A DNA stretch of 63,822 nt, the filler included, from Octopus bimaculoides (taxonomy: Eukaryota): NCBI RefSeq assembly GCF_001194135.2. It is 6 parts of 6 records of this genome, joined end to end, with 100 filler letters (N's around TTAATTAATTAA, not from the genome) between each part and the next. Parts side by side here need not be neighbours in the genome. Positions count along the whole stretch, not along the records: positions 23,641 to 52,764 come from NC_068986.1; 5 more parts are not named here. The stretch is one strand, 5' to 3'. Below the pieces are notes generated by a model. That model was given only the letters and a program-made list of their open reading frames with translations, made no database searches and was not told the origin of the DNA. Positions within the stretch are counted from its first letter, which is position 1. Each line of letters begins with the position of its first letter. Below, piece after piece: positions 36,330 through 49,870 of this stretch. Position numbers and translations under genes: made by a program.

Positions 36330-37039
36330 TTCTGTATACATGTGTTTGTGTGTGTGTATTCAGTGTGTGTGTGTGTGTGTGCGTGTGTGTGTGCGCGTGT
36401 GTGTGTATTCAATATGTGTGTGTGGGTGGGTGTTTGTTGCATGTGTATGTGTGTGTTGTGTGTGTGTGTGCGTATGTGTTGCATGTATATGTGTGTGTTG
36501 CATGTGTGTGTGTGTATTGCATGTGTGTGTATTGCATGTGTGTGTATTGCATGTGTGTGTATTGCATGTGTGTGTATTGCATGTGTGTGTATTGCATGTG
36601 TGTGTATGTGTTAGTGTGCATGTGCACAGGTATGTGTGTGTGTAAATGCATGTTCAGTGTGTGTGCATGGGGGTGGCTAGGTGTGTGTGTGTGTGTGTTT
36701 GTCACATGTGTATGTGTGTGTTGTATGTGTGTGTGTTGTATGTGTGTGTGTTGCATGTGAATGTATGTGTTTGTGTGCATGTGCACACATGTCTTTGTGT
36801 GTGTGTAAATATGTGTTCAGTGTGTGGAGGTGGGGTTGTTGCTTGTGTGTGTGTGTTTCATGTGTATGTATGTGTTGTGTGTGTGTGTTGCATGTGTGTG
36901 TGTTGCATGAGTGTATGTGTGTTGGTGTGGGTGTGTTGCATGCGTGTGAGTGTGTGTCGCATGTATGCGTTTGTGTTACCTGTGTGTGTGTTGTATGTGT
37001 GCGTGTGTATGTGTTTGTGTGCACATGCACACATGTGCT

Positions 37040-37075
<36 letters not shown>
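36330..37075. repeat. Complex (TG)-rich minisatellite including a 15-bp tattgcatgtgtgtg array
   Basis: Directly visible; the source of the Cys/Val ORFs. Confidence 0.9.
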
Positions 37076-37078
<3 letters not shown>

Positions 37079-37414
37079 AGTAATTTATCTTTTATCTGTC
37101 ACATGTTTCGGTCGTTGGACTGTGGCATCACCTTCAAGAGTTATCTTCTTTTTAGGCCTAGTATTTATTTCATTGGTCAACTGAATCACATTACTCAGAA
37201 TACATAATTTATTCTCCTCATCGTACTGGTAAGAATTACATCTATGATATCCGTAGCATTCTTCATTACATTCCTTTATGGTCTTATTCTTATTCTCTTG
37301 AACAATACTGGTGGCATGAAGAAGGGAGACATGGGCAACTGCTGGTCTTCTATAAACGACCTTGCCTGGACTTTTGTAGGTGCAATCCTATGGTCATTCA
37401 TGACCGAAGGGGAT

Positions 37415-37447
<33 letters not shown>

Positions 37448-37454
<7 letters not shown>

Positions 37455-37634
37455 TTAGGGAAAATAACCAATTTTCAAGAACTCATCGATGAAAATCCAC
37501 TATCACATATAGAAAAATTAATAATTAAAAGCACTTTTAATTATTAATTTTTCTATANNNNNNNNNNNNNCTATATGTGATAGTGGATTTTCATCGATGA
37601 GTTCTTGAAAATTGGTTATTTTCCCTAAAACTAT
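37448..37634. repeat. Near-perfect palindrome (~80-bp arms, ~4-nt loop) within (TA)n
   Basis: 37451-37530 is the exact reverse complement of 37535-37557 plus 37571-37632. Confidence 0.85.
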
Positions 37635-38904
37635 ATATATTTTATATATACTTTATCTATAAGGCTCAATTTAATTTTAATTTTTTATAAATTGATTTTA
37701 ATTGAGTTTTGTACCTGTAATTTTGGATTTTGTCCCTAATAATATTATATATATATATATATATATATGCCACATAAAAAGCACGGGTGCTGATGTCACA
37801 TAAGAAGCACTGATGATAGTACTATGGAAAAAGCACCCAGTACATTCTGTAAACCATGCCAGAACAGACAATAGAGCCTGGTGTAGCTCCTGCCAAACTG
37901 TCCAACCCGTCCCAGCATGGAAAACGGACATAAAATGATGATGATGGAGCTGATGATGATGATGGTGGTGGTGGTGGTCGTGGTGGTATATGCATACATA
38001 CTTGTACGCATGCATGCATACATACATACATATATAAATATATATATGTATGCGACAGGCTTCTTTTAGTTTCCATCTAACAAATCCACTCAAGAGACTT
38101 CAGTAAGCCCAGGCTTCTAATAGAAAGCACTTGCCTAAGGTGGCATGCCATGGGACTGAACCTGAAACCATTCAGACAGCTTAAATTTTATTTAAAGACA
38201 GTTTATCTTGCAAAACCCTACAATTTTTACAAATCAATTTGAGAAGCACTAATCTACATGATAATCACTAATAAAGCCCTTTCTATGCATGATCATAACA
38301 AATGTTCCTGCAGTTATATAATTTCAGTAATATCATCTAGACTCAGAAAAGTGGCAGCACTACTCAAAGAAATCAATGGAATAAAGCAAATGCTAGTTAA
38401 TAACAAATATTCAAATAAATTAGTAGACTGAGTTATTGAACAATGCAACAATAAACTAACAATTTAGCACAATAGCTACAGCAGACACAACACCCAGTAA
38501 AAACAAACATAACACATATAAAGTATATTATATGAACTAAATGCCTCCTGGCTTTAGAAGAAAGAAATATGTTATTAAAAGCACTCGTTAAACTGAACAC
38601 AGCATGGATAACACTTAATCATAAAGTAACACTAATAATTATATTACCAGAGCAAGAAAATTTAAAATCTTTTCACCAACACCAAATCGTAAGAATAAAA
38701 GTCTGAAAACAAACTACAGTTAAGCAAAGTAATTTACAAATTCAACTATAAACATTGATTTGTAAAATTTATGAGTCTAACTCTGCATTATATTGAACAT
38801 ACAAGCACCACTGTTATTTGCCAATGTGCACACATGCCTACACTGTTCAGCATGATGTGCTCAGCCCATGCTATCAGATGCTCTCTGCAACAATAACAAA
38901 ACCA

Positions 38905-39305
38905 GCAATATGGTAAAATTCATGACTGATGGCAAACTCTCCAACCTGTGGCAGGTACAGGCCAAAACCAAGGTGGAACAGGACTCAGTGTGTAACTTCC
39001 TGTTTGCAGACAACAGTGTACTTAACATTGCCACAGAGGCCTAGACACAGCTGAGCATGAATGGATTTTCCACTACCAGCAACAATTTTGACATCACAAT
39101 CGGTACTCAGAAGACAGAGAGTATGTACCAACCTGCCCTGCAGAAGGTGTACATAGAACCAGATATCACTGTCAAAGGGGAACCCTTGAAGGCTGTTGTT
39201 AAGTTCATGTACCTCAGAAGCAGTACATTCTCCAGATCTGTAAACATCAACAATTACATTGACATGTGCATTGCCGGAGGAGACTCAGCATTCAGGTCGC
39301 TATGT
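38905..39305 (+). mobile_element. BovB-like RTE relic (RT region)
   Basis: GKLSNLWQVQAKTKV...FLFADN...QKTESMYQPA...EPDITVKG...VKFMYL. Confidence 0.85.
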
Positions 39306-39314
39306 GAATCAAAC

Positions 39315-39445
39315 ACGGTCGATGCCAGTGCCCCCTGACTGGTTCCCATGCCAGTGGCACGTAAAAAGCACTATCTGAACGTGATTGATGCTAGGGCCAC
39401 CTGACTGGCTCTCGTGCTGGTGGCACATAAAAAGCACCATCCGAA
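39315..39445 (+). mobile_element. RTE 3' UTR modules running into a gap
   Basis: gatgccagtgccccctgactggttcccatgccagtggcacgtaaaaagcac units. Confidence 0.8.
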
Positions 39446-41100
39446 NNNNNNNNNNNNNNNNNNNNNNNNNNNNNNNNNNNNNNNNNNNNNNNNNNNNNNN
39501 NNNNNNNNNNNNNNNNNNNNNNNNNNNNNNNNNNNNNNNNNNNNNNNNNNNNNNNNNNNNNNNNNNNNNNNNNNNNNNNNNNNNNNNNNNNNNNNNNNNN
39601 NNNNNNNNNNNNNNNNNNNNNNNNNNNNNNNNNNNNNNNNNNNNNNNNNNNNNNNNNNNNNNNNNNNNNNNNNNNNNNNNNNNNNNNNNNNNNNNNNNNN
39701 NNNNNNNNNNNNNNNNNNNNNNNNNNNNNNNNNNNNNNNNNNNNNNNNNNNNNNNNNNNNNNNNNNNNNNNNNNNNNNNNNNNNNNNNNNNNNNNNNNNN
39801 NNNNNNNNNNNNNNNNNNNNNNNNNNNNNNNNNNNNNNNNNNNNNNNNNNNNNNNNNNNNNNNNNNNNNNNNNNNNNNNNNNNNNNNNNNNNNNNNNNNN
39901 NNNNNNNNNNNNNNNNNNNNNNNNNNNNNNNNNNNNNNNNNNNNNNNNNNNNNNNNNNNNNNNNNNNNNNNNNNNNNNNNNNNNNNNNNNNNNNNNNNNN
40001 NNNNNNNNNNNNNNNNNNNNNNNNNNNNNNNNNNNNNNNNNNNNNNNNNNNNNNNNNNNNNNNNNNNNNNNNNNNNNNNNNNNNNNNNNNNNNNNNNNNN
40101 NNNNNNNNNNNNNNNNNNNNNNNNNNNNNNNNNNNNNNNNNNNNNNNNNNNNNNNNNNNNNNNNNNNNNNNNNNNNNNNNNNNNNNNNNNNNNNNNNNNN
40201 NNNNNNNNNNNNNNNNNNNNNNNNNNNNNNNNNNNNNNNNNNNNNNNNNNNNNNNNNNNNNNNNNNNNNNNNNNNNNNNNNNNNNNNNNNNNNNNNNNNN
40301 NNNNNNNNNNNNNNNNNNNNNNNNNNNNNNNNNNNNNNNNNNNNNNNNNNNNNNNNNNNNNNNNNNNNNNNNNNNNNNCATACATACATATATATATATT
40401 ACACATACATTTTACAGCATGCTATATCATATATATTTATTGCAGCAGAGTATATCATATATATATATTATAGCACACTTTATCATATATATTAATTACA
40501 CCACACTTTATCACATGTATACATTACAGCACACTACATATTATATATTAACTGTAGCACACTATATCATTTATATTTATGACAGCATATTATATCATAT
40601 AATCATATAAATAGCAACTAAATTTCTTTAAAAACACTATAGCATCTTAAAAAAGATATCTAATGCTATAATTAGTAATGTAAAATTATATGAGATGCCT
40701 GAATAATTGATGGGACGGCCATGGCTAGAATGCTTTTGATTGTATGTCTAATCAGTCAACCTGGCATGGGACTAAACAACAAGAGAGCTAGGCTGGATAT
40801 AAATAATAATAATAACAGCACAAGAGAAAAACAAAATTAGATAAAATAAAAACATTAGTTAATAATACAACTATAGAATATCCCAAAATAAAATATAAGA
40901 TTAGTCATGATATCTATATTAATAGCAAAATATAATGCAAAACCCAACACACAGGAATACATCTTAAGAACAAACTAATGCTAGATATTACATTCAAACT
41001 ATTTCTTGGTTGCTGAGAGCAACTGAAACATCAATGGCCTCAAAGTCTGGTATTATTGACTACGAAATATATGCAACAGCATTCTCATGATTTGCTCTTA

Positions 41101-41131
<31 letters not shown>

Positions 41132-41367
41132 AAGCATCAATAACAACAACCATCTGAACCATTGCTTTCAGAAGATAAAGTCTTGAAAAGTTTGGAAGGT
41201 CTTGAAACATCAATGGATCTTAGGAAATTTATTGCACTGCAGCAAATTGAACTTAAAAAGATTTTTAAGATGGATATGAAAAAAAAAATCATTCATGAAA
41301 AAAGAGTTTTTGCTAAAACTTAGTCATATTTTGGTTAGAGCTTCGTATTTATGTATGTATGTATGTG

Positions 41368-41750
41368 GAGGCGCAATGGCCCAGTGGTTAGGGCAGCGGA
41401 CTCGCGGTCATAGGATCATGGTTTCGATTCCCAGATCAGGCATTGTGAGTGTTTATTGAGCGAAAACACCTAAAGCTCTATGAGACTCCGGCAGGGGATG
41501 GTGGCGAACCCTGCTGTACTCTTCCACTACAACTTTCTCTCACTCTTTCTTCCTGTTTCTGTTGCACCTGTAATTCAAAGAGTCAGCTTTGTCACACTGT
41601 GTCACGCTGAATATTCCCGAGAACTACGTCAAGGGTACACGTGTCTGTGGAGTGCTCAGCCACTTGCACGTTAATTTCACGAGCAGGCTGTTCCGTTGAT
41701 CAGATCAACTGGAACCCTCGACGTCGTAAGCCATGGAGTGCCAACAACAT
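41368..41750 (+). mobile_element. Full-length tRNA-derived SINE (~380 bp) with A and B boxes
   Basis: Head ggcgcaatggcccagtggttagggcagcgg (A box) and ggtttcgattccc (B box), a long non-tRNA body and a (caa) tail. Confidence 0.85.
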
Positions 41751-41813
41751 GTATGTATGTATTTATGTATGTATGTGTGTGTGTGCATGCATACATGCAT
41801 GTGTGTGTGTGTA

Positions 41814-42033
41814 TGAAGGGGTGCTGGAAAGTTCCTGGCTTTTGGTAAAAGAAAATACAGGAGGATCAGTTGTTTCTGATTTTATTCAACGTATTCCCCT
41901 CTCATATTCACACACTTACTGCAGCGGTCCTTCAGTTTTTCTAAGCCCAGTAAAAGAACTTAGAAAGTTGGGCCTCCAACCAGGCCTTTTGTGATACCCT
42001 TAAAGCCAGGAACTTTTCATCAGCATCCCATCA
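41814..42033 (-). mobile_element. Mariner-derived MITE, second copy, TA TSD
   Basis: Reverse-orientation homologue of 23827-24044. Confidence 0.85.
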
Positions 42034-42261
42034 TATATATATATATATATATACAAGAGTTAAGGAGTGGAGTAGATAAAATCCACTGTGCTACATATGT
42101 CTCATAGCGAGTGAACCCTTAGAAGTGGGAAACTGCAGGTTACTCTTCAGGCCAAGGATATCTTGATTAAATGAAAGTTTACATTGTTGCAAGGAGGTAC
42201 ATGTTAATATATGGAAGATTCAATCAGATAGATAGATAACAAATAATATGTATATAACACA

Positions 42262-42765
42262 GGCGCAGGAGTGGCTGTGTGGTAAGCAGCTTGCTTACCA
42301 ACCACATGGTTCTGGGTTCAGTCCCACTGCATGGCACCTTGGGCAAGTGTCTTCTACTATAGCCTCGGACCAACCAAAGCCTTGTGAGTGGATTTGGTAG
42401 ACGGAAACTGAAAGAAACCCGTCGTATATATATATATATATATNNNNNNNNNNNNNNNNNNNNNNNNNNNNNNNNNNNNNNNNNNNNNNNNNNNNNNNNN
42501 NNNNNNNNNNNNNNNNNNNNNNNNNNNNNNNNNNNNNNNNNNNNNNNNNNNNTGTGTGTCTGTATTTGTCCCCCAACATCGCTTGACAACCGATGCTGGT
42601 GTGTTTACGTCCCCGTAACTTAGCGGTTCGGCAAAAGAGACCGATAGAATAAGTACTAGGCTTACAAAGAATATGTCCTGGGGTCGATTTCTTCAACTAA
42701 AAGGTGGTGCTCCAGCATAGCCACACTCAAATGACTGAAACAAGTAAAAGAGTAAAAGAGAATAT
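42262..42765 (+). mobile_element. Composite tRNA-headed SINE with internal (TA)n/(TG)n
   Basis: Left module ggcgcaggagtggctgtgtggtaag...ggttcagtccc...gtcgta, microsatellite/gap, then right module ...gactgaaacaagtaaaagagtaaaagag. Confidence 0.88.
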
Positions 42766-42774
42766 ATATATATA

Positions 42775-43395
42775 TTGAGTCATCCCATAAATAATGTGGT
42801 TTTTTCAATTGTATGAACTAAAAGTTGGAGGGGGATGGGATAAACTACCTGCATCAACTTGCTATAAAAGCAGGTAGTAATTTTACTTTGTGTTTATTTT
42901 TACTGCAAGTTTTGAAGAGTGCGGTATGATTTTAACAGTTATTTTCTCAAAGCTATAATGGAAATGTCAAAGGAGCATATTCGGCATATTTTGCTTTATG
43001 GGTTCAATAAAGGCAACAACACAACAGAAAGTGCAAGGAATATTAATGCAGTATATAGGAACCAGACAATAAGTGTAAACCATTGTCAACGGTGGTTCCA
43101 GAAATTCCAAGCCAGAAACTACAGCCTAGAAGACAAGCCTCGTCCTGGAAGATCTGTAGAGCTCAATGAGGATGTCCTGCAAACCCTGGTGGAACAAAAT
43201 CCTATTGTAAGTGTTGAGGAACTATCAGAGAAGTTTAGATTTGGTCATTCAACCATTCATCGACACCTGTGAGCCATCAGAATAGTCAGCAAATTGGGTC
43301 AATGGATTCCTCACAAAATTTCTGAGTCTAATTGCATACAGAGAGTGAATGTGTGCTCTTCTTTGCTGTCACGTCTCATGAATGAACCTTTTTTG
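42775..43395 (+). mobile_element. Mariner transposon 5' part (left TIR + transposase N-terminus, truncated)
   Basis: TA|ttgagtcatcccataaataatg TIR; MSKEHIRHILLYGFNKG...CQRWFQKF...LEDKPRPGRS...HSTIHRHL*...KLGQWIPH (WVPHEL-like motif). Confidence 0.92.
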
Positions 43396-44894
43396 TATCT
43401 TAGAGCAGATACAGCTTAGTGCCAATTTCATCACAGGTTTTGCAAGGTGCCAGAACAGGTATTACAAAACATCTTTCCTGGCGCTCTAACAGTTCTACCA
43501 ATCTACTGCTCTGGATTCATTCATTTTTTTTATTGACCCTAAAAAGGACGAATAGCAAAGTTGACCTTAGCAGGATTTGAACACAGAACACAAAGAATCA
43601 GAACACCAACAACTATGAATTCACAGAAAAACATGAATTTCCCTCAGATTGAAATAATTAATTTCATTTTTAATTTTAATGAATTGATTGTTTTCATAAA
43701 TAGCTAATCAATAAGTTACAGGTTACATCATACTGAAGATTTCTAAAAATAATGAAATAGTGCTATGCATGACTATGAGCAACTAGAAATTGTAAGAACT
43801 TCATAGAAGATAAAAAGAAATTAGATATGTGAACTCTGAGCATTTTCTTCTGTAATTTTAAATTCAAATTTCTTATTCCACATTGTGTTTTGAGGTGATG
43901 GTTATCTTTCTTGTATCAATGGTCATAGCCAGACGGAACTACATGTAATTAATTTCTTTATTCAACTAAATCACAGCTAATTCTTGTACTGACATACAGA
44001 CAATTTATGAAAGTTGCTGCAAGCAGCTAAAATGTCGTCAACAGATGAACTGAAAATGATTCAGAAGTTACTGAACAAATCCTGAAAGATATCAGGAACT
44101 ATGTTCATTTAACCACTTGCATGATGAAACTGTTCTGAAGGTAGAGATACACTATTTCACTATTTCATCTCAGAACTTGCATTACAATGACAGCAAAAGC
44201 TGTTGATAAACAGAAATGAGAAATGAGAAAGTTACATTTCCATCAATAGCATGAGACTATTACAGGCTCTAGGTGGAAAATTTTTTTTCTCTGCCAACTA
44301 ACACTTTGATCAAAGGTGTTAAAAAATATCTGCAAAGCTGTAGACATTGCTTCTAAAGGTGATCAACAAAGATGACACCTCATCAGATACCAGTTCTTTT
44401 AAGGAAAGATATGCCACTGACAATAGCATTAATTCTTTGACAGCTCAAATTCCAGTATTTGAAGTTCCTATCTAGGGAGATATCTATTTGTTGTTTGCCT
44501 GACATTGTGGATCAGCTAATGAGATATAAAGTGACAGCAAGCATCTGATATCAAAGATTTGTACTATTTGTCAGCTTTTGCGAATAAACCTGACAACATC
44601 TACAATGACTTAACAAAGATTCTCTCTAGTAAAACGATTAAAGACGTGTCATAAGTCAAGAATGACACAAAACGAATAAAATTCTCTCACTATACTTTTA
44701 TACTACAATGATTTGAATAATTAAATAAATCTAATTGCTGTTTACAGGAGTTGCTTCCCTAAATGAGAATAAACAAAACAATTTCAGAAGATTCTGACTG
44801 GCTGGATAGTAAATTGAGTTGAATAAGAGTTTATAATTATGATTGTTTCCCTTTCTTAGAATAGCCTCCTATAATATTTTAATACACATACATT

Positions 44895-45110
44895 CATCAT
44901 CATCATCATCATCATCGTTTAATGTCCACTTTCCATGCTAGCATGGGTTGGACGATTTGACTGAGGACTGGTGAACCAGATGGCTACACCAGGCTCCAAT
45001 CTGATTTGGCAGAGTTTCTACAGCTGGATGCCCTTCCTAATGACAACCACTCTGAGAGTGTAGTGGGTGCTTTTACATGCCACCAGCACGAAGGCCAGTC
45101 AGGAGGTAAA
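44895..45110 (-). mobile_element. Young RTE 3' end
   Basis: (CAT)n plus a 3' UTR near-identical to 31105-31290. Confidence 0.9.
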
Positions 45111-45557
45111 TTTTAATCAACACTTTCCACACCTCAAAGTTGTGGAATAATACAAGCTGTTTGAAGAGAAATCATATGTTTTTTTGTGTTTTTCTGTTTG
45201 TTTTTTACAGGATTGCGATTACATTCAATATCATCTTTTAACCTTAATTTACATTTATCTTTTATCCTAGACTGCGGTCATACTGGAGCATCACCTTGAA
45301 GAATTTTAGTCAAACAAATCAACCCCAGAACTTAATATTTTTTTAAAGCCTAATCTGTTTTGCCAAACTGCTAAGTTACAGGGTCAAACACAAACATAAA
45401 GACACACACACACACACACATATATATATGATGGGCTTCTTTCAGTTTCCATCTAACAAATCCAAATTTGAATAAACATTATTAATCTACTACCCTAACA
45501 AGCATTGAATACTTTTTTTAATTGCTTTTCACACCATTGTGAAATAACCTTCCACTG

Positions 45558-45660
<103 letters not shown>

Positions 45661-46551
45661 TGTTTCAAATATTGTCTTCTGAAGTGCCACAGTAAAAATA
45701 TTTTATATATATATCTATAGCATGATGTTATATGCAAAATCTAAATAATACGATACCTGTCAACATTTAGATAAAATATTGGCATAAATATTGTTTTATA
45801 TACACACAAAGATGTTTGAAGATCACATCTGAAAGAAATCAATTCTTATCCACAATGATATCTCATTTCAGAGTTATAGAATCTTGGAGCCATTGGCATT
45901 CTTCAGTTGTGAAAGTGAATTACGTGCTCATTTCAACTTGCACCAAAGAGATTTTTTTTTTCTGTTTTAAATCAAATATTCTATCAAATAAATCAATCTC
46001 TCATGCATAATAAAGAAATAATAATTTCTAAACTGGAATGCCAAATATTTTTTTTTTATAAAAGACGGATATGTGAAGGGGGAGAAGGAAGAGAAAGGGT
46101 TAAAGTTCAGTAGTATATCACTAACTGTAGAGTGTTCTTAGTTCAGATTCTGAAGTCACAGGTTTATCTACAAGTTGCGTAAAAAAAAGTTTTTAAGTTT
46201 AAAGGGAACTTTTTGACATAACTGTGATTGGTTTCACTTGTTCTGAATGAATAGATCTCCACCACAACAAAACTCTACCCACACAAATTCTGCCTCTGTT
46301 CTTCAGCTTGACAGATGTCTGCCATTTGTACTGAACAACAGTAATATTCACCTTGTACCGAACAACAGAAATATTAACCTGTCTGTCTGTACAGCAAGGT
46401 TTATTTTTATTCAGTCATTTTTTTTTATTCATGCTGTTGTTGTTGTTGTTGTTGTTGTCATTGTAATAAAATGAAACTAATGCAATTTTATGGTTATATG
46501 GTTTCTGCATTTTTAACAAATTTCTTTTATATATGTGTATGTATATACATA

Positions 46552-46593
<42 letters not shown>

Positions 46594-47494
46594 GGTAGGT
46601 GGGTGTATGTACATATATATGTATGTATATATATATATATATATATATAGATAGATAGATAGATAGATATGTATATACATACATATATATATGTATATAC
46701 ATATATATATATGTATANNNNNNNNNNNNNNNNNNNNNNNNNNNNNNNNNNNNNNNNNNNNNNNNNNNNNNNNNNNNNNNNNNNNNNNNNNNNNNNNNNN
46801 NNNNNNNNNNNNNNNNNNNNNNNNNNNNNNNNNNNNNNNNNNNNNNNNNNNNNNNNNNNNNNNNNNNNNNNNNNNNNNNNNNNNNNNNNNNNNNNNNNNN
46901 NNNNNNNNNNNNNNNNNNNNNNNNNNNNNNNNNNNNNNNNNNNNNNNNNNNNNNNNNNNNNNNNNNNNNNNNNNNNNNNNNNNNNNNNNNNNNNNNNNNN
47001 NNNNNNNNNNNNNNNNNNNNNNNNNNNNNNNNNNNNNNNNNNNNNNNNNNNNNNNNNNNNNNNNNNNNNNNNNNNNNNNNNNNNNNNNNNNNNNNNNNNN
47101 NNNNNNNNNNNNNNNNNNNNNNNNNNNNNNNNNNNNNNNNNNNNNNNNNNNNNNNNNNNNNNNNNNNNNNNNNNNNNNNNNNNNNNNNNNNNNNNNNNNN
47201 NNNNNNNNNNNNNNNNNNNNNNNNNNNNNNNNNNNNNNNNNNNNNNNNNNNNNNNNNNNNNNNNNNNNNNNNNNNNNNNNNNNNNNNNNNNNNNNNNNNN
47301 NNNNNNNNNNNNNNNNNNNNNNNNNNNNNNNNNNNNNNNNNNNNNNNNNNNNNNNNNNNNNNNNNNNNNNNNNNNNNNNNNNNNNNNNNNNNNNNNNNNN
47401 NNNNNNNNNNNNNNNNNNNNNNNNNNNNNNNNNNNNNNNNNNNNNNNNNNNNNNNNNNNNNNNNNNNNNNNNNNNNNNNNNNNNNNNNNNNNNG

Positions 47495-47859
47495 GAGGAG
47501 GAGGAGGAGGAGGAGTGTAGGTGGTGGTTATGTAGGGAGGACATAATGATGATGCAGGTGATGAAGATAATGAGGCAGGTGATAGTGATAACAATGCAGG
47601 TGGTAGTGGTGGTGGTGGTGGTGGTGATGATGTTGGCAGTAGCAACAGTGGCTGTGGCAGTGAGGGTGATAATGTTGGCAGCAGCAGCAGCAGTAATGAT
47701 GAAGATATGACAGTAATGGTAAGAATAATGACAATGTTGGCAATGATGATAATGATGATGGTGATGGTGATGGTGATGGTGATGGTGATGACAGCAGTGC
47801 TCTTGGTAACAATGGTGTTAATGATGGACAATGTAATGGCAGCACCAATGATGACAACA

Positions 47860-47894
<35 letters not shown>

Positions 47895-47900
47895 AAGATG
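47495..47900. repeat. Compound (GAG/GAT/GGT/CAG) trinucleotide tract
   Basis: Directly visible. Confidence 0.9.
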
Positions 47901-49624
47901 GAGGAGGAGCAGGAAACAGAATAAGAGGAAAAGGACCATAATGTTGCTGATGGGATTTATATGTTTCCATGTACACATACATCCAAGTGTTTGTGTGAGT
48001 GAATGCATGTGTATGATATCATAAAAAGCAAAGAGTACAATAGAATTCTTTCTGAAACTAAGCAACAGTGAGAATGCCCATTGGTCAGTTGACATGATTG
48101 ATGCCTTATATTTTAAGGCATACTATTACCTTACTGGATGTTTTGCCTGTTTTGTTAGTATTTTAGCCAAAGGAACGGAATCCAGCTGATGAAACAAATA
48201 TTCAAAGTAAAAAGAATTTCAATTAAATTATAATGCAACAGAAAAAAAAGTACTGGAAAGTATTAGCTCAAAGCTAAAGCAGCCAATAAGAAGTCTGAAG
48301 TGAGATTTCTTCATATTTTTTAATTAATCCTACAAACTTGATATTAGACAACAGTTTGGTCAATGATTAGTGGGAGACAGTCAGTGGTTAGGGGCCAGAA
48401 ACAGAGTATAAAATAGGGAATCTAAACATACAAACCTGTTCTTTTCAATACTTTTATATAATAGAAACAGGAAGCGAGGAAAAGTGGAAAAAGAAAGGGA
48501 GTAAGTGCAATGATAACAACCCCTGGTTTTTGTGATTGACAGGAAATATAGCAACTGATTCAGTTGGCAGAAAAATTAATCTTCTTTGCTTCTTGGCTTC
48601 TTGATGTATTCCTTTAGATTGACAACAAAGCAATTAAAGAGAGAGAGAGAAAGGGAGATTTTTTTTTTTTTTTGCATTTCATTAGAAACAATAAAAACTA
48701 AAACTAAAAAGAAAGAAAACACCTATCCTCTAAATCCAAAAAGTTTCTGAACAATACACCCTTAAGAGATCTATTAACCATAGTAAATGGTTAGGATGTG
48801 CATAAAATGACATAAAACATGTTATGCGTTGGCGTAGAAGTGTATGGAAGATAATTGATGCAAGACTAGAGAATCATCGGCACAGAGTTCGTAGATGTGT
48901 ATGGGCACAAGGAATAATGTTTATGGATGCAAGCTTGGCGTTATGGATAAAAATTTGGCTTTAATCAAATCATTCAGAGTTCACATTATTTCAAGGTTCA
49001 TATTGTTCATGTTTCAATCCTATTGTCCAGCTAGTACTTTGACAAAGTATCATCTACAATAACCTTCCACCAGAAGGTCCAGCCCTTGTGGTGCAGTGGT
49101 TTGTGTAACTCAATGGCCCTGAGAGCTATGTTAGTGGAACACAAGCTTCTGGTAGGGGCCTCCCATACTGGACAGGTCAAAGGATAGAAGCCAGTCTAAC
49201 ATGGACCACCTCTTCCTAGAAGTATAAATGGATTTACATAGAGCCAGCCCTACTACCAAGAAAAACAAAACCGAGTTACAGAAGCATTGATGACAATGCA
49301 AAACCAACAAGACTTAATCCATTTGGGGTTAGGTGCTTTTACTGGAATCTACTGATTTATAAGCAATCAGATCAAGCATCCTATATGAGAATAAACTTGA
49401 TAATGCATCCTACTATAAGCAACACACATGTTATGATTTATGTCTCACTTACCATCCACCTACTTTCATTCAATCTCAGCAGTCTGGTAAAAAAAAAAGT
49501 CATGGATGCTTCCTTTCTTCCTCAGACTTACCTAAAAGAATTGTATTTGGTTTCAATATTTTATCAATGAAATCAAATACAATTCTTGTAGTTTAAACAC
49601 ATGTTTTTACTATTTTTACCACAC

Positions 49625-49870
49625 TAGGGCAGAAAGCTGGCAAAATCATTACTATGTTGGAGAAAATGCTTAGCATTTCTTCCAACTTTACATTCTGAGT
49701 TCAAAAGCTACCAGAGTTGACTTTACCTTTCGTCTTTTGTGGGTAAACTTTACCTTTCATCCTTTCAGGATCAATAAAATAAGTACCAGTTGAACACTGG
49801 GGTTGATGTGATCAACTTACCCCGCCCACGAAAATTGCTGACCTTGTTCCAAAATTTGAAACCAATATTT
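49625..49870 (+). mobile_element. tRNA-derived SINE, diverged
   Basis: agctggcaaaatc...gagttcaaaag...ctttacctttcatcctttc...aaaatttgaaacc. Confidence 0.7.

Noticed and set aside
36301-37184. Cys/Val-rich and His/Thr-rich ORFs resembling metallothionein or keratin-associated proteins
   Set aside because: Translations of the (TG)n minisatellite; the same applies to the His-, Met-, Leu- and Gln-rich ORFs at 12.1-12.7, 47.5-48.0, 55.7, 60.5 and 62.4 kb.
41368-41440. tRNA gene
   Set aside because: Has A and B boxes but no complete cloverleaf that I can fold, and continues into a SINE body; it is a SINE head.
44230-44620. hAT transposase relic on the minus strand (IVDVVRFIRKS)
   Set aside because: Only one short suggestive motif amid many stops; insufficient without a search.
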